Positions 29,111 through 39,590 are shown, counted from the first letter of the stretch. The stretch is DNA of 64,000 nt from an uncultured virus (IMG/VR IMGVR_UViG_3300028833_000147) (IMGVR_UViG_3300028833_000147), one strand, 5' to 3'. Notes: generated by a model from the letters alone, not told the origin. Numbers and translations: made by a program.

Positions 29111-29683
29111 TTAAATATTAACTATGTCATATTTTCCTCTTATTTGCCTGAGTGCATGAACAACCATTGACTTGAAAGATTTTATAAGTTTATCATCATA
29201 TATCACCTTTGCGCTAGATGTAGTTATTTTGTATTCAGTAAAATGACCATCCCTTATAATGATATCTAGTAAATCGTCGACTGATATTTTTATATCGTTA
29301 TTAACTCTACATATATAAACATTTTTACCATTAAATGAGTTAGGAATCAATAATTCAAGTTCGACCACGAATTCCTCTATTGATATAACACTTTTCTTCT
29401 GTTTATTTTTCTTGACAGAGCGTTTTTCTATGTCAGTAAAATAGTCTATCACTAGATCAAGCTCATATTTGGCATCAAATTGATTATGATCAATCATTAT
29501 ATCCCTGACACGCCTTATAAGTTTTTTCTCTTTGTTCGAATAATGCTTATAGTCTTTGCTTTCATTAATTGTCACTGATAATCTTTTCATCGATAAGTTT
29601 GATGATAATTTATCATCACCACTGTCGATGATAATTGGTTCATCGATTTGTTTTAAAAGCTTAATAGCAGTATCTTTCGTCAT
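29111..29683 (-). CDS. hypothetical protein (190 aa)
   Basis: Start MTKDTAIK after AAGGAGG. The longer track ORF (to 29902) runs through a terminator and the repeat array. Confidence 0.7.
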   Translation of the reverse strand: MTKDTAIKLLKQIDEPIIIDSGDDKLSSNLSMKRLSVTINESKDYKHYSNKEKKLIRRVRDIMIDHNQFDAKYELDLVIDYFTDIEKRSVKKNKQKKSVISIEEFVVELELLIPNSFNGKNVYICRVNNDIKISVDDLLDIIIRDGHFTEYKITTSSAKVIYDDKLIKSFKSMVVHALRQIRGKYDIVNI

Positions 29684-29703
29684 AATATAAAACCTCCTTA
29701 AAG

Positions 29704-29736
29704 AATAAAAAATATTCCGGGGCGAAATGCCCCGGA
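29704..29736 (-). terminator. rho-independent terminator closing the repeat array
   Basis: TCCGGGGC-gaaat-GCCCCGGA followed on the minus strand by ATATTTTTTATT. Confidence 0.8.
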
Positions 29737-29745
29737 TAATATTTT

Positions 29746-30910
29746 GCCGAAACGATAGGACCCTCGATATAGCAATACCTATACCAGGTACGACGCTGGG
29801 CGACAAGACCTGAACACACGAAACCTTTACCGCATCGAACTGAACGGTACGGCACTGACCTATACCACCGCTGCCCGAAACCGGATATGACATTACCAAC
29901 ACATCATATCACAGCTCACTGCCCTACCTTACCGCAACTTGACAGAGCCACACCGTATGTTGCTGCACCGAAACAACACCTCATGTTATTCCACGAGACG
30001 CCACCAGAACCTAACCTGACCGCTCGGATCGTGACCTAGCCCAACCATAACCGCGAGTGACTTAACTCAACCCGTACCGAAACAATACGCACAAGACGCC
30101 ACATAACCGCGACAATAATAGCACAGGACTAAACATCACCATACCATCACTATACCTGGCCACACATGATATGACTGTACCTATACAAGACCTGACACTA
30201 CAGAACTCGACATTGTTATACCGAAACAACGCTTGACGACACCCCACTAAACCGTCACTAAACCATCCCATACTAAACCATTACTGGACAGAACGTTACC
30301 AAACATTACCCTCACAAAACGTTGATGGACCACATGCGACGTTACCGACACGCGATGAAGCTGCACGCTACGAACCTGTCCCTCGCCTTACGGTACCATA
30401 CAATACCATACCGCAACAGGACCTTATGACACCTAATCTGGCCATACCGGAACTTGACCCTGCTGGATCTAACTTGGCAATACCGCAACCACACAAAGCT
30501 GCACAGTACTCTGCCGCACCATTACTATACATATCAGCAACTTGCGGTACAATACCACCGCACTACACACAAAACTCAGTATTACATTACGACACCATAA
30601 CTTAGCACGACTCACACAACCGCACACTACGGCACCCTGACGAAAGTATGGATAACGCAACTTAACCCAACCGTCACAGCATCTAACCAATCCGAAGAAT
30701 GTGTAACCGTACCAAGACTGGACTATACATTACCGTACCCCGCCGTACCAGTACCAAACAGTGTACTACTCTACCTTGCTTTACCAGAACACTACCGATC
30801 AAAACCTCTGCAAATCGATAAATCACATTGTTGTACCAACACAATATGATGCGATGCGGTGCTGAACCGTTACTATGTGAAACATTACCATGCCAAACGA
30901 CACGTCGCCT
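29746..30910 (-). repeat. 5-nt-period degenerate repeat array (NN-xGY units on the minus strand) punctuated by 6-nt units; candidate guide-RNA array
   Basis: Plus strand parses as ACnnn/GCnnn pentamers, e.g. from 30410: accgca acagg acctt atgac accta atctg gccat | accgga acttg accct gctgg atcta acttg gcaat | accgca accac acaaa gctgc acagt actct gccgc. Strong A/C skew, non-coding. Confidence 0.9.
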
Positions 30911-30919
30911 GCACTTTAC

Positions 30920-30950
30920 GTCTCACGTCGGGGATGTAATCCCCGGAGAC
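30920..30950 (-). other. hairpin at the 5' boundary of the repeat array
   Basis: GTCTC..CGGGGAT-gta-ATCCCCG-GAGAC with no U-tract, so more likely a leader or processing element than a terminator. Confidence 0.55.
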
Positions 30951-30985
30951 AACGCGTGGTTTAACGTTCCACGAGAACGTTTACT

Positions 30986-31429
30986 TTATTTAACATATTT
31001 TCTCTTCCAACGGAGATTTGCGGGTTTTAAATTCCATGGATCTCCGTCAAGGTATTCTATCTCCCATTCGGAAGCATTTGAACCTAGAGGTAGAGGATCG
31101 AAACATGCAAGTACTGCTGCAGCTGCAGGTATCTTGGTCTTTCGACCGTTATAGGCTATCATGACTTTTCCGTCGATTTCTCGGAGTTCAAATTTTACTC
31201 CGACTACTTTGATTTCACCATTGATTGTACATCTTATTTTTGGTATGAAAGGATGTACTCTTTCATACGGATTAGCACTGCCGACATAATCCGTGATGTT
31301 ATTTATGGCTTCATCAAATGAAGAATCCATCCGTCTTAATACTTCCACATCCTGTGGTGACATGGATGACAATGTCTTCGATAACTTGATAGCCTTCTTT
31401 CTCAGTTTCAGAATATCTTTTTCAGTCAT
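30986..31429 (-). CDS. protein with a degenerate C-terminal HNH-like motif
   Basis: IEYLDGDPWNLKPANLRW resembles the HNH_3 pattern (V.H.DG...NN...NL.W) without the catalytic His; GGAGG RBS. Confidence 0.6.
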   Translation of the reverse strand: MTEKDILKLRKKAIKLSKTLSSMSPQDVEVLRRMDSSFDEAINNITDYVGSANPYERVHPFIPKIRCTINGEIKVVGVKFELREIDGKVMIAYNGRKTKIPAAAAVLACFDPLPLGSNASEWEIEYLDGDPWNLKPANLRWKRKYVK

Positions 31430-31460
31430 TTCTTTTACCTCCGTTTATTAAAAATTAAAT

Positions 31461-31490
31461 TTATTGGGCGGGGATAACCCCGCCCAATAA
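31461..31490 (-). terminator. hairpin (terminator or processing site) after the RAMP gene
   Basis: TTATTGGGCGGGG-ataa-CCCCGCCCAATAA with an imperfect U-tract. Confidence 0.6.
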
Positions 31491-31508
31491 TAATGAATGT
31501 GTATCTTA

Positions 31509-32435
31509 TTAGAGACAAGTCTCCTCGATATAAGCATTGAGATTATCGAGGAATTCAGGATCATCTGATGTACAACCAATAATCTCTTCAGTATTATTAG
31601 CTACCATTTCACCTGTTACAGAATTTCTTATTTCTGCAACAAATGAACCATACTCCTGTGAACCTCTCCACTGACCTGTGCCGTGATCGATTCCTCTGAG
31701 TATTGTCTGTATGAGTGCTTCATCGATAGGATCCGAGTTGAGCTTGTCAACAGTAAGCGTGTACCTTATTACTGTACCCGCAGGAGCCATCTCAGACGAA
31801 GCTATTGAAGTTATCTTTCCCTGCGCTGTGTCAGCCTGTAAAGGTCTGTCACATGTAGGAAGTACATGTTTCTGAAAACGTCCTTCCTTGGGGAAACGAA
31901 CAACTGCATAGTGTCCGAAGCCATCCTTCTTGAACTCCTTCTCTGTACAGTCTTTTATGAGTTCCTCAGGGAACTCAAGGTTTACAAAGATTGGTGTGAT
32001 TGTTGTATTACCAACAATCTTTGACTTATGACTGGTGACAGAAACGCCACCGTCCTGCCTCTTAGTGGCAGTGATGCTTTCCTTGTAGAAGCCCTTGATA
32101 GTATGGCTACCAACACAAGGAATTCCTGTTACAGATCTTCTCAGGAACACGTTTGTGCCTTTTGCGGCAACGTTTTCCACTGTGTTTGTGAGAAGTTCCT
32201 CCTCTTTGGTCGGAGCATCCGGAGCCTTAGAAGCAATAAACTTCTTGTATATATCCGGATCGCCAGGTGCGGAACCGAGAAGCGGCTGCACGAACCACAT
32301 AGTTACATCATATGATGTTTTCTGAGGATCGATGACCTTAGCCTTCTTTGTCTTCTTAGCCTTTACCTCTGTTGCTACCTCTTCTGTTTTACATGCGGGA
32401 GTAGCGTTCTCCACATTTTTCTTAGTTCTTGCCAT
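31509..32435 (-). CDS. stand-alone Cas7-like RAMP superfamily protein
   Basis: RAMP hallmarks in order: beta1 + PLLGS, PCVGSHTIKGFYKE, EMAPAGTVIRYTL and the Gly-rich loop GTGQWRGSQEYGSF; GGAGG RBS. Confidence 0.8.
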   Translation of the reverse strand: MARTKKNVENATPACKTEEVATEVKAKKTKKAKVIDPQKTSYDVTMWFVQPLLGSAPGDPDIYKKFIASKAPDAPTKEEELLTNTVENVAAKGTNVFLRRSVTGIPCVGSHTIKGFYKESITATKRQDGGVSVTSHKSKIVGNTTITPIFVNLEFPEELIKDCTEKEFKKDGFGHYAVVRFPKEGRFQKHVLPTCDRPLQADTAQGKITSIASSEMAPAGTVIRYTLTVDKLNSDPIDEALIQTILRGIDHGTGQWRGSQEYGSFVAEIRNSVTGEMVANNTEEIIGCTSDDPEFLDNLNAYIEETCL

Positions 32436-32494
32436 GATTCATAACCTCCGTTATTTATTTTTTTTGATAAAGATATGGCTTCCTTTATCATAAA

Positions 32495-32508
32495 AATAAT
32501 ATGTGTTT
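32495..32508 (-). promoter_or_regulatory. putative early-type promoter motif upstream of the RAMP gene
   Basis: AAACACATATTATT on the minus strand. Confidence 0.5.
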
Positions 32509-32547
32509 CAAAAACAAGAAAAATAGAAATGATATGTTGTAAAAACA

Positions 32548-32561
32548 AAACGCCAAAGTAA
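32548..32561 (+). promoter_or_regulatory. putative late promoter AAAC(G/C)-N6-TAA
   Basis: AAACG-CCAAAG-TAA upstream of the 2318 aa gene; also found at 42749, 50517 and 54978. Confidence 0.6.
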
Positions 32562-32597
32562 GTGTTCGCATTGAATATTTAATCATTTACGAAAGGA

Positions 32598-35500
32598 ATG
32601 ATGACTTTGAAAATGAATTATAATGCCTGGTTCTATAATCAGTATAAATATCGTACTAGTAAAAGGAATGGTATCGAATCATTTACTGATACAAAGTGGG
32701 TTGATATACATAACAGATTCAGAAAGTTACAGGATATGCATTCTGATCTATTGAGAGAACAACCTTCATTGGTTCAAGGTAACAATAAAGGATTCGATAT
32801 GTTATTGGATCTCATGGCCAGATCCAATTATACATTTGAAGATCTTGATGCTTCGATGGTTGAAACATTCAGGACATCTTTACAGAATGCCATGGGATAC
32901 AATCTCGTGAATACCCATGCTGTCATGTTCCACACAAATAACCGTGATACAAAGAATGTCACTGCCGAAAAGTTCACTCATTATAAAATCATCGATGCAC
33001 CATTTAATCAGTTGCATTTCGGTCATAGAGATGAATTCATTCGTCAGAAAATACATGAGATGCACATAACCGAAAACGACTACTATATCGATATTGACAA
33101 ATTTAATACATCTACTATATCGGACGTATTGGATTTCTGTATATTGTGTACTGTCAATGGTTACATCTCAAATGATTGCAAAGTAGCAATCGATGATCAT
33201 GGCTTCAAATTCAAGGTGGGTTGGAAATCAAATGATGATGTGGACTTCATCGTTTATAAACTCGATAAATCAAAAGTCTACAAAACAAAAATCACTGTTC
33301 CTGATGATATGTCGGTAATCACATATAATGATCTTGGAATTGACAAGAACCAAGTAAACGGTTTGAAATGTATAGTAAACATATACAATGAATCATACAG
33401 AACAACCATTCCAACAGTACCGAATTTTGGTATATTCACCGATAAGGGTCTTGAGATGAGAAGTGTTCAAAATGGAACAACTGCAATGATCATCAACAAT
33501 GGAATGAATACTGTTGATCTCACAATATATGTTATTAAATATTTCCATGAAGTACCGAATATATTCCCTGCTGTCAATTATTATGACATCATGGAAAGTA
33601 AATTGGTATATGATGAAAAGTATGAAAAACTTCGTACACCCGATGGTTCATTGGTTGTTGAATCAACATACTCCGAGTCAAACAATCTGGAAATCTGTAC
33701 ACCTCCTATCACGATCGATAGGGATACATCATATACGTTTGATACAATCGTGAAATGTTTATCATTAAAAGAAACATTGATGTCTTTTAAAGAAACACTT
33801 TTGAAGATTGGTACTTTCATAAATTCATCAGCTGGTAATATGTATGAATATAACAGAACTCTTCGTCCGGAGTTGTATCATGTATACACAAACATGTCAG
33901 CAGCATTGAATTCATATAAGCGAGGTGCTATAATAACATCTCTTGTTCCTGCAGAAGATATACGTGTATTCGATAAGCTATATGACAATGTAAAAAGACT
34001 CTATAATGAATTCATCGATTTTGATGATGCTAATAAGTTTTATGACTTCCAGGAGTTGTATGGTAACAACTATGATTACACTGTAAATAGAATATGCAGA
34101 CCATTCATGAATGAGAAACTCAAACAGTTCACAAAAGCCACCGATATATCATCAAACTTTTTCGATGTTGAATCATCAACAAGATTCAATAGACCTGTGT
34201 CAGAACAGTGTTTCATATCATTGAGATACTCAGAAGAAGATCAGTCATGGTTATTTGCATATCCGAAAATAAATCATTTCCATGGTATAGGAAATACATT
34301 CTATATCAATGAGAATCTGACGGGTAAAGAAATCTTCAAGTTCTTTGTTCTGTATACAGATACAATGGATCCATCAAATAAGTATATTGAACATTTTGAT
34401 CTCAATACTGTTATTGACTTTGATCTGTTCTATGATGAGATGAATAAGTACAATGGATGTATTCGTTACTGGGACGCTGAAAGCAGACTGGCTAAAATAT
34501 CCAAAATGCTTTATAGGAAATATGACGATGAGACAGCAATCCATGTTCTGTCAAAGATGTTGAAACGAAAGATCGATGGTGATGATCTCATAAACGTATA
34601 TCCTTCAGATATCAATTATGACGCCGCAAATGTAACAAGTGACAACGTTGAAGATTATGATGAGTATTCTTACAGAGGTCCTTTCTCAATAAACTTCTTA
34701 TTCTATACTTTATCATTGTTGAATGATAACGTTGATAAACTACAAGCGTATTTCTATAGGACTCTTACTGGTAACAAATACAGCAATAGATATTCTGATA
34801 TCGACGTATCATCTGTTGTTAATTCAGATGAAAGATTTCCTCTATCATATTCTCAATATACTATATCACCATCGAGATTCCCTGATGATACGGTAACACC
34901 CATTGGTGCACAATCATTGGCATTTTATGGATTGCCGTTGTTAACAAATGGAAGTGGTTCAACAAATCTGTGTGATCCGTATAGATTCGTGTTAAACGTT
35001 TATGATGATACTACTGAATTTCCATTGATAACATCAAGTGGTTTAAATCCTGAGTATCATGTAAATTATTCAGACATAACCGAATACAATGGTGTCGTTG
35101 TATCGTATAAAGATACTATAGAATTTGGCCGTCTGATAACGAACTATATCGGATGTATGTATGATTACATTTCCAAATTGCAGACCAACTATCAATCATC
35201 ATATAATGTATCATTGGTATGTGATAAAGCCATCGAGTCGATAGACACTATTAAAAATGATATAATGTCTCTGGTGGATTCTGGTGATATTGCTGATATA
35301 GAAATTGATGATAACGTATATACGACAGACATCATTGATATCATAAACAATGATGAGTTCAAAAATAAAATGATTATCATCAAGGATTTATGCAATCAGA
35401 TAAACAGAATATCATATAACAATACAACCGATATCATTGGTTTCATTAATAAAGAACTGATATACGTATTAAAATACATATATGTCATGTTTGGTTTCGA

Positions 35501-38500
35501 TGATAATGTCAATGATAGAGTACATGCATTATATGATCATTTGAAGAAGATAAATTCTCCGATGAATCAGTATGTTTTCAACAAATGGTTGCATGACATA
35601 GATTTACACATACTTGAAACACTGGATCAACATGTTGCTTTTAATGAGAATAACAATTATTCAGATACATTGTTCAAAGATCTTCATGATGTACTTGCTG
35701 AATATATCGAACGGGTTACTCCTATGCTGCTCATGCTTAAATCCGAGATTGCTTCATTGACAGATTCTTTCTATACATCACATACTTCCAAACTGGTCAA
35801 GTTCTGTGATAAAATAATATCGGATGTGGTATTTGACATATTCACAATCTCATTCATTGATGTTGATTTTTCATCAACATCTTATTCTTCAAATCCGATG
35901 TATTTAATAATACCAATGCCGAATGATGAACATGTGGTTGCACCTTTTGGTCCAAGTATACCTGGAAATCATAATCTAGTGTTTAAGTTAGATACGTTTG
36001 TTGATAATGGTAGATACAAGATATCATCCATGTCAAATATATGTGAATATGTTTTCTTTAACGGGGAAGATATAAATAACGTATCTGCAACAGTTCTTTC
36101 TGAGAATGGTTCATCTTTAGGTAATGTTACATGTAACATTAGATTCTTACGTGCTGGATCAACAGCTGACAAGGGAGGTGTATTGGACTTCTTACCAAAC
36201 ATAGGAAGTTCAACCATTGACTTTGAGAATCATCATGAAACATTCGAAGTTGTTGATGGTAAGGTTGTTAATGAAAAGACTGCCGATATGAACTATGAAC
36301 TTCTCATAGGTAATAATTTTGAAACCCTCGACCATGTTTCAGAATATATTCTTAATCCATCAACATGGAATCCTGGTTCAATTGATAGAATCATTCTTAA
36401 TAATCAAACGATAAACAGAATGATTATTCTCGATCATGGACATAAAGAATGCATGAAGGTTTTCTTTAAACCATCACAAATATTACATACTGATCCAATC
36501 AATGGAAAATACTTCCCTGGTGAAAAGGTTTATGTTAAATTAACTGATGGATCATATATGTTTCCTATTAAAATCACCACAGTTTCTCATTCTATAGAGA
36601 AAGGATTGATTGAAGCTGAGGTTGATGAATGGAACACATCATGGTTACAAATAACCGATAAAGACATGATTCATGATTTCTTGATGGATACAGTTGAATG
36701 TGAAGTTATAGATGACAGTATCAGAAACTTCATGGATGAATATTCCAATGGAGACTATATGTCTTTCTATAATCCAGGATACAATAATGATTCATATATA
36801 ATGGATGATAACTTTGAGTCATGTTATAATCTTCCCGGTGACCCAATATATGTCACTTCAAATGCACCATTTGTTTATACACGTTTGAATTGGATGTTCA
36901 ACGAAGATGTTCCAAACAGATTCATTGATGAAGAACATAAACAATATAGATTCATCTATATTGGTGAAGGATTCATTAATGATGAAGATGGTATCAAGAT
37001 TAATATGATTAATCATGATTTCAATGATAAAACTCTTCCTGAAAAATATCCGATATTAAAAAATGAACCCAATGATCATATCATAAGAAGAGCTGAGATT
37101 GTTAAATTTAATCAAGTGATTGAAGATAACATGGCAAAAATTGTTGGTAGTGATGATTATGAAGGAATCAAACCAAGAATTGCAAAGCTACAAGAACAGT
37201 ATGATCGATCAGAAGACTACTACGAAAAGAAGAAAATCTTCGGTGAGATTAACGATCTTGAAATAAAAGAGAAGATGTGTGAAGACACAATTGCTCGTAT
37301 GAAAGAATTGTTATTCCAACCAGAAGGCATGACGACATGGTACAATGTTGGATCACAGGATACAGCATTGGTATATATCGATAATGGTCGTGCTGAAAAG
37401 TTCTCTCCAATCTTCTTATCAAACATCCGTGATATATGTTATGATGATAAAATTAATGTGTTCCTATATGACTGGGAAAATAAACATTGGATTGATCCTT
37501 CAACATACACAATCACATATGAGATCGTGGATGGTGTACAAATCGATGAACGAGATGATTACACAACAAATGATGTTATGACATCATTAACAATATCACC
37601 TACAACTGGATTCATTCCTTCGAGAAAGATTCTTGTATATTTTGGATATAATAAATCTGATATATATGATGATATCGAGATGAAACCAAAAACAATCAAT
37701 GTTAGATTTAAACCATTAATGATCCTTGACAAACCTGAAGATTATAACGATCCATATCGTGCGGTCAAAATAAGGAAACATTTTGATGGGTATGAGAAAT
37801 ACTCAACAACGACAAACGAGAATGGGGAAATAATCATAAAGAGAATCAAGCGTAGTGGTAAATTTAACTATGCTGCGGGATTTAGGTTATGTGATGTATC
37901 AGTTCATGATGATAATGGTGATCATAGTTATAATGACATTGTTGAGATGAAGGTTAAATCTCCATTCAAAGGATTCTCAACAAAAAGCAAGTTCCATCAA
38001 TTGACATATTCGGCAACTGTTAATGCACCAATAGATTCTTTCTCATCTAATCAGACAATCAAATTGATTTGTATTTCCAATAATGAAAATAATTCATATG
38101 ATGGAAACATTTCAACGGTTATGTTTGAAGGAACAACATCAATGGATGGTTTAAACCAATCAATCAACATAACAAAGTCATCATTGTCGAATTATGAGTC
38201 GGGTAAATTCATATGTACAGTTCTTAAAGATGACAAATATGATTGTGTCGGTGGTGTAATAACTGTCAATGTTACAAGCACTACAAAAGACATATACGGT
38301 GATTGGGTCACAGTGCCTTCTGAATATATGATCACTCGAGAATTACCTGACGAATTCATGATAAAGTTGGCCAATGCAATTCCAGATAGTAATGTAACTG
38401 TTACGTTAGAGAATAAATATATCAAAGATATGGATGACATTGTATATGAAGATAATCATAGCATATATAATCCATATGAGTATTATTATGATTCTCATAA

Positions 38501-39554
38501 TAAAAAACGTGTTCCAATATCAGATGTGAAAACAGGTTCACATGATAGACGTCTGGTTATCGATACAACTATCAATCCAAATATCCATTTGATCAAATCC
38601 ACGTATATGGGAATATGTAGATATTCTTTAACTCATATTCCTGCAGACGGAATCATTGATATGACAGGTTATTTACCAACACCTTTATCAAGAGAACGTT
38701 ATGAATTCTGGGTAAATGGAAGATGTGTATCTGATAAGAAAGATCTATTAATACTTTCACCAACATCAATTCAGCTATGCAACATGAAATCATTAAAGAA
38801 TTTCGAATGCATTGAGCTAATCGATGATGTTGATAATGATAATGATTTATTCCATCAGGGTCCTGTCTATGTTGATATCAATGGAAATACATATTCCAAT
38901 TACAAATTGGCCATGTTGAGTAATTCGAAGATCAACAAACAAAATCTATCATTTATATTCAATGCGAATAACCATGAAAAAATAAATGATTATTCCAAAT
39001 GCATTGTTGATCCAAACAATCACGATATGGAAGCTGATATACTCTCAACCATAACATTTGATGATAGTAATGTCGACTACAATAAGCTCAGTAACATCCC
39101 ATCAATAAACGGAGTTTCGTTGTTCCATACTAAGCTTGACAATATAGGTTTATCTGAAATAGATAATATAGACATAATAAAAGCATTTGATAGAGTATGG
39201 AAACGTGAAGCTGCAACAAATCCATTCTTTATTAACACACATAGATGTGATACAAACATTACAAACAACAAATCTGGATCGGTTATACATATAAAGAAGA
39301 TTACCGAACCCAATTGGCATGGTTTGGACATTGACACAACAAATATGTTTGCTGTTCATGTTACAGGCCCAATTGATAAGTATTTCTCATTGTATGTATC
39401 TAATCTGGAGGATGGTGTGATCGATGATATTAATAATACATTGAAAATCATTCCATTCGTTTCATCAAGTGTTTATATTCTACTTGATTCATCTTATGAT
39501 GGATTATGGTTACATTCAACATATCCAAACACTAATCCAATTCACATAATTTAA
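32598..39554 (+). CDS. very large virion structural protein (baseplate/tail-associated)
   Basis: 2318 aa, follows a late-type promoter motif, beta-rich segments such as RYEFWVNGR. Function inferred from size and context only. Confidence 0.6.
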   Translation: MMTLKMNYNAWFYNQYKYRTSKRNGIESFTDTKWVDIHNRFRKLQDMHSDLLREQPSLVQGNNKGFDMLLDLMARSNYTFEDLDASMVETFRTSLQNAMGYNLVNTHAVMFHTNNRDTKNVTAEKFTHYKIIDAPFNQLHFGHRDEFIRQKIHEMHITENDYYIDIDKFNTSTISDVLDFCILCTVNGYISNDCKVAIDDHGFKFKVGWKSNDDVDFIVYKLDKSKVYKTKITVPDDMSVITYNDLGIDKNQVNGLKCIVNIYNESYRTTIPTVPNFGIFTDKGLEMRSVQNGTTAMIINNGMNTVDLTIYVIKYFHEVPNIFPAVNYYDIMESKLVYDEKYEKLRTPDGSLVVESTYSESNNLEICTPPITIDRDTSYTFDTIVKCLSLKETLMSFKETLLKIGTFINSSAGNMYEYNRTLRPELYHVYTNMSAALNSYKRGAIITSLVPAEDIRVFDKLYDNVKRLYNEFIDFDDANKFYDFQELYGNNYDYTVNRICRPFMNEKLKQFTKATDISSNFFDVESSTRFNRPVSEQCFISLRYSEEDQSWLFAYPKINHFHGIGNTFYINENLTGKEIFKFFVLYTDTMDPSNKYIEHFDLNTVIDFDLFYDEMNKYNGCIRYWDAESRLAKISKMLYRKYDDETAIHVLSKMLKRKIDGDDLINVYPSDINYDAANVTSDNVEDYDEYSYRGPFSINFLFYTLSLLNDNVDKLQAYFYRTLTGNKYSNRYSDIDVSSVVNSDERFPLSYSQYTISPSRFPDDTVTPIGAQSLAFYGLPLLTNGSGSTNLCDPYRFVLNVYDDTTEFPLITSSGLNPEYHVNYSDITEYNGVVVSYKDTIEFGRLITNYIGCMYDYISKLQTNYQSSYNVSLVCDKAIESIDTIKNDIMSLVDSGDIADIEIDDNVYTTDIIDIINNDEFKNKMIIIKDLCNQINRISYNNTTDIIGFINKELIYVLKYIYVMFGFDDNVNDRVHALYDHLKKINSPMNQYVFNKWLHDIDLHILETLDQHVAFNENNNYSDTLFKDLHDVLAEYIERVTPMLLMLKSEIASLTDSFYTSHTSKLVKFCDKIISDVVFDIFTISFIDVDFSSTSYSSNPMYLIIPMPNDEHVVAPFGPSIPGNHNLVFKLDTFVDNGRYKISSMSNICEYVFFNGEDINNVSATVLSENGSSLGNVTCNIRFLRAGSTADKGGVLDFLPNIGSSTIDFENHHETFEVVDGKVVNEKTADMNYELLIGNNFETLDHVSEYILNPSTWNPGSIDRIILNNQTINRMIILDHGHKECMKVFFKPSQILHTDPINGKYFPGEKVYVKLTDGSYMFPIKITTVSHSIEKGLIEAEVDEWNTSWLQITDKDMIHDFLMDTVECEVIDDSIRNFMDEYSNGDYMSFYNPGYNNDSYIMDDNFESCYNLPGDPIYVTSNAPFVYTRLNWMFNEDVPNRFIDEEHKQYRFIYIGEGFINDEDGIKINMINHDFNDKTLPEKYPILKNEPNDHIIRRAEIVKFNQVIEDNMAKIVGSDDYEGIKPRIAKLQEQYDRSEDYYEKKKIFGEINDLEIKEKMCEDTIARMKELLFQPEGMTTWYNVGSQDTALVYIDNGRAEKFSPIFLSNIRDICYDDKINVFLYDWENKHWIDPSTYTITYEIVDGVQIDERDDYTTNDVMTSLTISPTTGFIPSRKILVYFGYNKSDIYDDIEMKPKTINVRFKPLMILDKPEDYNDPYRAVKIRKHFDGYEKYSTTTNENGEIIIKRIKRSGKFNYAAGFRLCDVSVHDDNGDHSYNDIVEMKVKSPFKGFSTKSKFHQLTYSATVNAPIDSFSSNQTIKLICISNNENNSYDGNISTVMFEGTTSMDGLNQSINITKSSLSNYESGKFICTVLKDDKYDCVGGVITVNVTSTTKDIYGDWVTVPSEYMITRELPDEFMIKLANAIPDSNVTVTLENKYIKDMDDIVYEDNHSIYNPYEYYYDSHNKKRVPISDVKTGSHDRRLVIDTTINPNIHLIKSTYMGICRYSLTHIPADGIIDMTGYLPTPLSRERYEFWVNGRCVSDKKDLLILSPTSIQLCNMKSLKNFECIELIDDVDNDNDLFHQGPVYVDINGNTYSNYKLAMLSNSKINKQNLSFIFNANNHEKINDYSKCIVDPNNHDMEADILSTITFDDSNVDYNKLSNIPSINGVSLFHTKLDNIGLSEIDNIDIIKAFDRVWKREAATNPFFINTHRCDTNITNNKSGSVIHIKKITEPNWHGLDIDTTNMFAVHVTGPIDKYFSLYVSNLEDGVIDDINNTLKIIPFVSSSVYILLDSSYDGLWLHSTYPNTNPIHII

Positions 39555-39568
39555 AAATGTATAGATTC

Positions 39569-39590
39569 GTTGGGGCCATATGGCCCCAAC
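39569..39590. terminator. terminator-like perfect palindrome
   Basis: GTTGGGGCCATATGGCCCCAAC directly after the 2318 aa gene. Confidence 0.6.

Noticed and set aside
29661..30690. Short minus-strand ORFs (29661..29855, 30062..30271, 30469..30690) and the 5' extension of 29111..29902
   Set aside because: V/C/R-rich translations are a by-product of the xGY periodicity; they lack RBSs, and the 5-nt period is incompatible with codon structure.
29746..30910. Canonical CRISPR array next to the Cas7-like gene
   Set aside because: There is no conserved 23-47 nt direct repeat alternating with unique spacers. Conservation is limited to 2-3 bases per 5-nt period.
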